Virus record (IMG/VR): IMGVR_UViG_3300020048_003650
Span: 32,001 to 96,000 of that record
Strand: one strand, 5' to 3'
DNA: 64,000 nucleotides
DNA from: a virus
Under the pieces are notes generated by a model. It did not search any database, had not been told where the DNA came from, and saw only the letters and a list, made by a program, of their open reading frames with translations. Positions within the stretch are counted from its first letter, which is position 1; every line of letters begins with the position of its first letter. A program made the position numbers and the translations under genes. This document shows positions 58,158 through 64,000 of this stretch, in pieces.

Positions 58158-59042
58158 ATGAGATACACAGACTTTATCACGGAATCATTAAGTAGAGTTG
58201 CATATCACTACACTAATCTTTTTAATGCTGCAAAGATAATGCAGTCAGGCGAGTTTCAACTATCCAGCACACTCGGAAGCGTAGAACAACAGTATGCTCC
58301 CAAGGGTCATGCTTACTTTTTAAGTACAACACGTACTAAAGTAGGTGGCTATCATGATTATATCTCGGCAGGAGCAGTAATGTTCGTGCTTGATGGCAAT
58401 TGGTTCAATCAACACTATAGATCAGGGCCAGTGGATTACTGGGGAAATCGTGACCCGCTACAATCTCATCACAAAGCGCATGAGGCCGAAGACCGAGTAT
58501 TTTCTAAAGAACCTACGATGCCTATTGACGGTATCAGTGCTGTCCATGTACTGATTAAGCCCGATAGTGATAATCCAAATTTAGGAGCATGGGCTAGAAC
58601 AGTGTTTATTAATGCTAAGAAACGTGGTATTACAGCATATCTCTATGACAACGAAGATGATTGGCGAAAACTGGATATCAGGAAAAGTAAATCACTATCT
58701 AAAAATCCAGCACTGCGTGGACAACAACCTATAGTTACTAGACAGTCGATGTATAATCGAAAAGGTTACTTACATCCCTGGGTACAACTGATCACTGCAA
58801 CTGATAAATCTCAATTAACCAAAAAAGCAGATGACATACGTTATAGGCTAGGATACCCCTATGATGCTCAAAGCGCACTACAGGGACTGGGAGTCGAAAT
58901 GTCAAACGCTCGTAAGCCAGGGTCAGGTATTGATCGTGATAACGCGGTTAAGATTATTGATTACATGCGCAAAAATAAGTTGAACGATCTAGAAGAGTTG
59001 ATAGTTAATCTAAAGAAAAAATGGGTTCCAGAAAGGACCTAA
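58158..59042 (+). CDS. Late hypothetical protein, possibly ADP-ribosyltransferase-like
   Basis: MRYTDFITE; YHYT...I...G, FLSTTR, EAEDR pattern. Confidence 0.5.
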   Translation: MRYTDFITESLSRVAYHYTNLFNAAKIMQSGEFQLSSTLGSVEQQYAPKGHAYFLSTTRTKVGGYHDYISAGAVMFVLDGNWFNQHYRSGPVDYWGNRDPLQSHHKAHEAEDRVFSKEPTMPIDGISAVHVLIKPDSDNPNLGAWARTVFINAKKRGITAYLYDNEDDWRKLDIRKSKSLSKNPALRGQQPIVTRQSMYNRKGYLHPWVQLITATDKSQLTKKADDIRYRLGYPYDAQSALQGLGVEMSNARKPGSGIDRDNAVKIIDYMRKNKLNDLEELIVNLKKKWVPERT

Positions 59043-59091
59043 TTTATCCAAATTTACTTGACTATTATTAATATCATGTTAAAATATTAAT

Positions 59092-59265
59092 ATGAATACA
59101 AACATAAGATACGAAGTTATTACTCAAATAGATTCCGAAACCGGAGATACTATTGTACCTATTCCACAAGAAATATTAGATCAAATGGGATGGAAAGAAG
59201 GCGATTCCATTGAATTTACTGACAACGGTGACGGTACTCTTATTCTGACAAAACATCAAAGATAA
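59092..59265 (+). CDS. AbrB/MazE-like DNA-binding protein (57 aa)
   Basis: IVPIPQEILDQMGWKEGDSIEF; absent from ORF track. Confidence 0.75.
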   Translation: MNTNIRYEVITQIDSETGDTIVPIPQEILDQMGWKEGDSIEFTDNGDGTLILTKHQR

Positions 59266-59266
59266 C

Positions 59267-59722
59267 ATGACAAAAAATTCTGTGATATTAGGCAATATGT
59301 CATCAATGATTGATGATGATTTAACAATAACTTCAACAGGGTGCTTAATCTGGCCGTTTCCGAATTCCATGAATGATACGATTTCGATTTCTAGTGCCTG
59401 TATTCCTTCGTCTATTTCTAGTGCCTCTATTTCTAGTGCCTCTATTCCTTCGTCTATTTTTTCTATCGATCAACCACATGATTTACAAGTATCAGGCAAT
59501 TCTGATTTCAAGGGTAATGTAACGGTCAATGGCAATCTAAAGATAGGTAATGTTGACCTAGGCGAACGTTTAGATAAAATAGAACAACGATTGGCAATAC
59601 TGCGTCCAAACATAGAAATTGAATCGCGATGGGAACAACTTAAACAATTAGGCGAACAATATCGTCAATTAGAACGTGAGTTGATTGAGCGAGATTGGAT
59701 ATTTGAACAGTTGAAGAAATAA
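59267..59722 (+). CDS. Hypothetical protein with Ser-rich repeats and coiled coil
   Basis: SISSA repeats; LDKIEQRLAIL.P. Confidence 0.65.
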   Translation: MTKNSVILGNMSSMIDDDLTITSTGCLIWPFPNSMNDTISISSACIPSSISSASISSASIPSSIFSIDQPHDLQVSGNSDFKGNVTVNGNLKIGNVDLGERLDKIEQRLAILRPNIEIESRWEQLKQLGEQYRQLERELIERDWIFEQLKK

Positions 59723-59749
59723 TATACTAACGCTTTCGTCTAAATACCC

Positions 59750-60679
59750 ATGATGAAAGTGATAAAATTCTACGAACCAGGACAAGAGAATCCAGAACAT
59801 CTTATTGTACAATGGAATTTAGGAAATACATGTAACTATAGTTGTGAATACTGTCCTAGTTACTTACATAATGGAACTGTTTCATGGCCAGATATTGAAT
59901 CTGTCAAACAGGTATTAACAAAAATAAGATCAAAATTCAACAAGAACATCAAAGTTGAGTTCGTTGGCGGCGAAGTTACTTTATGGAAAGATTATATTGA
60001 TCTTGTGAAGTTTTGTAAATCTAATACTATTCGTTCATTTATGATATCGAATTCTAGTAGAACTGTTAGATATTGGAATGATATTGCTCCCTACTTAGAC
60101 GAAGTTTTGTTGACGTTTCATCCTGACACCGTTGATAGGGACCATTTTGATTCTGTATTAAATGTTTTGTTAGAACACAATGTCTACTGTATCGTTCATA
60201 TTGCTATGAAACAATCTGAGTTTTGGCCATTGGCCGAGTACTACAATATATTACGTGATAGATATCCACAAGTTAACATCGATATGATACCATTGATGGA
60301 CAAAGAAAATAAATTCAATAATAACGGATATTATTATAACTATGATGATTCACAGTTAAGTCATCTTGCGAAAAATGAATTTTCTACCATGAATTACACG
60401 GTCGAATATCAAGACGGAACAAGTCAGTTATTAAGTTTACACGAGATACGAAACAGTGGTTTAAATGACTTTCGTGGTTTTGTGTGTGGAACAAACGTAT
60501 CACTAATATGTATTGATTTTCGTGGCTTAGCAGCCATTACAGTATGTAATCAACGTAAACGTATCAATATTTATAACGATGATATTGATGAAATATTTCG
60601 ACCAATAGTATGCCAGGCCTCACGTTGTGACAATAGTAGTGACTTGAGAATTTTAAAAATTGGACAAAATAATACTTGA
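59750..60679 (+). CDS. Radical SAM protein
   Basis: CNYSCEYC, GGEVT, SN.S; C-terminal Cys cluster. Confidence 0.88.
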   Translation: MMKVIKFYEPGQENPEHLIVQWNLGNTCNYSCEYCPSYLHNGTVSWPDIESVKQVLTKIRSKFNKNIKVEFVGGEVTLWKDYIDLVKFCKSNTIRSFMISNSSRTVRYWNDIAPYLDEVLLTFHPDTVDRDHFDSVLNVLLEHNVYCIVHIAMKQSEFWPLAEYYNILRDRYPQVNIDMIPLMDKENKFNNNGYYYNYDDSQLSHLAKNEFSTMNYTVEYQDGTSQLLSLHEIRNSGLNDFRGFVCGTNVSLICIDFRGLAAITVCNQRKRINIYNDDIDEIFRPIVCQASRCDNSSDLRILKIGQNNT

Positions 60680-60738
60680 CAATAAATCAACTATCTGATA
60701 TAATAGTAACTAATAACTGTTAAATTGGATATTGTATT

Positions 60739-61113
60739 ATGACTATGCATCTTACACATCACACCACCACTGGGCGGCGTCGAGCTAAGTTTAAGTATGC
60801 GTCCGCTGATCAAAAGCGGCAGGCGTTGGAATTGGAACAAGAGTGGAACTCACTCAAACAACGTCATGCTGGCAAGACTACAACGAAATCATCTGGATCT
60901 ATCGTGAGAAAATACAAGTTAGAAATACCCGCCGGTCGTGGCACTGGACACATTCCCAGTAGAAGTTCCGGTGTTGGCACGGCGATTAAGAATGACATTC
61001 CGGTATATACCGGTACAAAAATGATTGGCATCGGTGTACTGCACAAATCAAACGCGGTTCCGGTTTTCAGTGACGAAGAAGCGGTGGAAATCTCAAAAAT
61101 GAGAAGAGGATAA
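60739..61113 (+). CDS. Basic phage hypothetical protein
   Basis: YTGT.M.GI...HKSNAVPVF...MRR; promoter TTGACA(60676)-N17-TATAAT. Confidence 0.7.
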   Translation: MTMHLTHHTTTGRRRAKFKYASADQKRQALELEQEWNSLKQRHAGKTTTKSSGSIVRKYKLEIPAGRGTGHIPSRSSGVGTAIKNDIPVYTGTKMIGIGVLHKSNAVPVFSDEEAVEISKMRRG

Positions 61114-61135
61114 TAAATTGTATATCTTTACGAAA

Positions 61136-61909
61136 ATGATTAAATCAATCACTGTCATTTTGCTGATTTCGTTTTCATCAATATCTTATGGGGATTGTAA
61201 CACGCTTCACATAAGACGAAGTCTCAATCATACAGAACATGGTTTTACCAAGGAAAAAGAGATTGTCAAATCAGGGAATTTTTCTCAACGATTCGAACTA
61301 AGACATAATGAATGCGGTTATTATAATAAGGGTTGGAACGATTGTAACACAGACAGATCCAGATCGGAAGTAACCGTTTTGAAGGATATCCCAGTAAATT
61401 CAACTAGATTTATTCGATATAATCTATATTTGCCAGAAGATTTTGAAACTAGCAAATACGTAAGAACAACTCTTGGTCAAGTACATCAAAGAGGTGGGCC
61501 AGTTAGAACGGTAGGGGGATATCCTTCAATGCCTCCTCTGTTACAGTTTAATGCAAGAGGAAAAAATTATAACTTGTGTTGGCATACTAAAATAAATGAA
61601 AAAATATCTTGTAAGACATACAAAATAATGTCAATATCGGATTTAAAAGGTAAATGGACAGAAATTTTAATTGAGTTAAATACATCACCCAAAAACGGAT
61701 ATGCTAAAATTTTTGTAAACGGTGAATTAAAGGTTAGCATTGACGAGCCACTTTTTGAACATATTCCAAAGGAATTTTATTTTAAATATGGAATATATAA
61801 CTCATTTGTCTCCAGGAATAAAGGACCAATGCCAACTCAAGTTGTTTATTATGATGAAGTACAAATTGTAAATTCTAAAGACAAACTTTGTAAAAAATAT
61901 TTGGATTAA
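61136..61909 (+). CDS. Polysaccharide lyase-like (jelly-roll) secreted protein
   Basis: Signal peptide; RFEL...C, RSE, Q.H, FKYGIY, YYDEV. Confidence 0.7.
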   Translation: MIKSITVILLISFSSISYGDCNTLHIRRSLNHTEHGFTKEKEIVKSGNFSQRFELRHNECGYYNKGWNDCNTDRSRSEVTVLKDIPVNSTRFIRYNLYLPEDFETSKYVRTTLGQVHQRGGPVRTVGGYPSMPPLLQFNARGKNYNLCWHTKINEKISCKTYKIMSISDLKGKWTEILIELNTSPKNGYAKIFVNGELKVSIDEPLFEHIPKEFYFKYGIYNSFVSRNKGPMPTQVVYYDEVQIVNSKDKLCKKYLD

Positions 61910-61925
61910 ATTAAAGGAAATAATA

Positions 61926-62306
61926 ATGGATTTTGAACAAGAACAAGTAGTTAATCGGCTATCACAATCAGGTGAATTCAAAGCTCATGAGTGTACTGAA
62001 CAAAATCTAGCGGACCCTGTCTTTAGAAGACAAATTCGAAGCCTACTTCAAGACTGCGTTATGCTGATTGAGTTTACAAAAACCAACGGCGAGACTCGGG
62101 TAATGAGTTGTACTCTGAATGAAGGGTTAGGAGCACGATTCACATCAACAGTTCATCTAGAGGAGGGTGCCTCATCAGGCGCGTCAACACCACGTAAACA
62201 AAATGACGAGGTATGTGCAGTCTGGGACGTAAAAGCGGAGGCCTGGCGAAGTTTTCGCTGGTCAAATTTGAAAAAAATTGATTTTGTTGTACCCAACACT
62301 AAATAA
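61926..62306 (+). CDS. WYL_2/Sm-like SH3 phage protein
   Basis: FTK.NGE.R.M.CTL, VWD....WRSFR. Confidence 0.75.
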   Translation: MDFEQEQVVNRLSQSGEFKAHECTEQNLADPVFRRQIRSLLQDCVMLIEFTKTNGETRVMSCTLNEGLGARFTSTVHLEEGASSGASTPRKQNDEVCAVWDVKAEAWRSFRWSNLKKIDFVVPNTK

Positions 62307-62310
62307 TAGG

Positions 62311-62523
62311 ATGAAAGAAGAATCCATAAAGATAGACGGCGTTGTAACAGAACTATTGCCCAACGCTATGTTCAGAGTACGTTTGCCCAATGAAAAGATT
62401 GTCATAGGTGTAATCTCAGGTCGAATGCGGCAAAATTCTATCAAAATTTTAATGGGTGACACCGTAGAACTTGAATTTAGTCCCTACGACTTAAGTCGCG
62501 GTAGAATAGTTCGTAGACGATAA
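62311..62523 (+). CDS. infA: Translation initiation factor IF-1
   Basis: [19 protein letters not shown]...I.IL.GD.V..E.SPYDL.RGRI. Confidence 0.95.
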   Translation: MKEESIKIDGVVTELLPNAMFRVRLPNEKIVIGVISGRMRQNSIKILMGDTVELEFSPYDLSRGRIVRRR

Positions 62524-62531
62524 ATATCTAC

Positions 62532-63089
62532 ATGCGAGAAATAATCACACTTATAGAAAGTCGTAGCAAAACAGATGATATTGAAATCATTCCGTTAAAT
62601 TATTCGGAATCTGATTTAGAACCTGTATTGAGCAAAGAAAATATCAAATTTCATTATGGTAAATTAGCTCACGGCTACGCTGATAGATTTAACAATAAAG
62701 AGGGCGATTCAGAGTTTAATTACGCTGGAGCATTTCTGCATAATATGTTGTTTACTCAATATCGATCTTCTAGAAACAACAATAAACCCAATGGCCCAGT
62801 TGCCAAACTGATAAATTCTAAGTTTAAATCCTGGGACGATTTTAAAGAAACGTTTAAAATCGAAGCGATGAAGATTCAGGGTAGCGGATGGTGTTATCTA
62901 TCTAAAGACGGAACAATTAAAATTATACCTAATCACGAAGTCAGAGACGATATTCTGATACTTGTAGATATGTGGGAACACGCATTTCAAATGAACTATG
63001 GGTCTGACAAATCTAGATATCTAGATAATATATGGAAGATTATTAATTGGTCTGTTATTAATTTACGATGGGGAGCATCATACAAATGA
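62532..63089 (+). CDS. Fe/Mn superoxide dismutase
   Basis: L.Y...LEP, HYGK, LHN, GSGW, DMWEHA, INW. Confidence 0.88.
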   Translation: MREIITLIESRSKTDDIEIIPLNYSESDLEPVLSKENIKFHYGKLAHGYADRFNNKEGDSEFNYAGAFLHNMLFTQYRSSRNNNKPNGPVAKLINSKFKSWDDFKETFKIEAMKIQGSGWCYLSKDGTIKIIPNHEVRDDILILVDMWEHAFQMNYGSDKSRYLDNIWKIINWSVINLRWGASYK

Positions 63090-63460
63090 TTACAATTTCT
63101 GAAAGCGCAATTTCTAAAATAAAAGATATTATTATAGAAGAAAACAATCCTAAAATTAAACTTAGAGTTGGTGTTCAGGGCGGAGGCTGTAGTGGCATGC
63201 AATACTTTTTCACTCTTGATGAAGAATATTCTGAAGAGGATGATTTTGTAATTCCAGCCGGAGATATCAACGTTATCGTTGATAGTATTAGTAGTCAATA
63301 TCTACGAGGAGCCGAAATCGATTATGTAGATGATATTCGAGGAAGCAACTTCAGTATCAATAATCCCAACGCCCAAACTAGTTGTGGATGCGGTAGTAGT
63401 TTTAACGTCAGCGATAGTTTCAACGACAACTATTATTCCGGATACGAACATACTCAATAA
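63086..63460 (+). CDS. erpA: A-type Fe-S carrier ErpA
   Basis: LRV.VQGGGCSG.QY, S.QYL.GA.IDY, NPNA..SCGCG.SF. Confidence 0.9.
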   Translation: MITISESAISKIKDIIIEENNPKIKLRVGVQGGGCSGMQYFFTLDEEYSEEDDFVIPAGDINVIVDSISSQYLRGAEIDYVDDIRGSNFSINNPNAQTSCGCGSSFNVSDSFNDNYYSGYEHTQ

Positions 63461-63474
63461 AATAGTGATATGCC

Positions 63475-63511
63475 TTCCTCTGTCTATCGTGATAAATAAT
63501 AGATAGAGGAA
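63475..63511 (+). promoter_or_regulatory. Late promoter inside RBS-sequestering hairpin
   Basis: ttcctctgtctat / atagatagaggaa 13-bp stem; loop contains GATAAATA. Confidence 0.7.
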
Positions 63512-63517
63512 AAAACA

Positions 63518-64000
63518 ATGGCGATATCAGGACAAGAACCCATCAGAATTGGTCAACCCAATCAATCTGCTAATAGCGATAGTCTATACCAGGCATTTAA
63601 TGCGATACAAAATAATTTTACTACAGTGTTTAATACTGCTAGTAATATTAGTACTGTTGTTGCAGGAAACGGAATTCAAGTCTCTAATGTCGGAAACGGT
63701 GTATCAATAACAAATACCGGCGTTACTAGATTAATCGCCGGAGATAATGTAACCATCACTAATTTAAACGGTGCCCCTGGAGCAAACGGAGCATTGGTTA
63801 TTAGTAGTACCGGAACCGGCGGAAATGGTGGCGGCACTGTTACTAGTGTCGGTATAGTTAGTAATACTCTATCTATCGTAGATACTCCGGTTATAGGTTC
63901 TGGAAACATTTCAGTAAACTTACCGACACTTGCCAACGTATCTGGTTCCTATAGAAATCCCAATATTACCGTGGATTCAACCGGAAGAGTAGTCTCAATT
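63518..64000 (+). CDS. Virion structural protein (baseplate/fibre, gp9/gp10-like N-terminus), truncated
   Basis: I.IG..N....DSL..AF..I.NNF; G/N/T-rich; open to window end. Confidence 0.7.
   Translation, partial: MAISGQEPIRIGQPNQSANSDSLYQAFNAIQNNFTTVFNTASNISTVVAGNGIQVSNVGNGVSITNTGVTRLIAGDNVTITNLNGAPGANGALVISSTGTGGNGGGTVTSVGIVSNTLSIVDTPVIGSGNISVNLPTLANVSGSYRNPNITVDSTGRVVSI

Noticed and set aside
59388-59460. Short tandem repeats as a regulatory array
   Set aside because: In-frame 12-15-nt slippage units encoding a Ser-rich linker.
59092-59722. Toxin-antitoxin pair
   Set aside because: The AbrB/MazE-like gene is followed by a protein with no toxin motif.
1-64000. Bacterial chromosome origin (clpX, pstS, infA, rpsU, porin)
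   Set aside because: The genes lack their usual operon partners and are interleaved with virion genes, a homing endonuclease, T4-like late promoters and dense small ORFs.

Overview
This window looks like part of a large lytic tailed-phage genome with T4-like regulation. It uses the standard genetic code, strong sigma70 early promoters and (G)ATAAATA late promoters. The porin, OmpA and PstS types suggest an aquatic betaproteobacterial host (inference). Layout: (1) 0-13 kb envelope/signalling block: holin-like gene, csgF-csgG-curlin-FecR, pstS, PlcP-like phosphoesterase plus GT4, CHASE2 class III cyclase, HNH endonuclease, porin, OmpA. (2) A 1843-aa repeat-rich fibre. (3) 19.8-23.2 kb array of promoter/stem-loop cassettes driving small early genes. 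(4) Proteostasis, translation and Fe-S hub: clpX, rpsU, intein-interrupted iscU, def, iscA, hsp20, clpS, two clpP. (5) Twelve small divergent proteins sharing a C-terminal F-x-L-[KR]-W motif, with a 13th copy at 52 kb. (6) 37.5-49.2 kb DNA-methyltransferase island with apparently split MTases, repeated junctions, deletion scars, a helicase and a late nuclease-like gene. (7) Nucleotide/lipid genes, putative capsid-packaged enzymes, infA, SOD, erpA and the start of a structural gene. Best candidates for undescribed biology: the split, shuffled MTase system; the FxLxW small-protein array; the IscU intein at an Fe-S ligand Cys; the curli-FecR-CHASE2 cyclase module; a phage phospholipid-remodelling cassette flanked by a repeated structured RNA. 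No tRNA, rRNA or CRISPR was seen. All calls come from reading motifs by eye; no database search was run.
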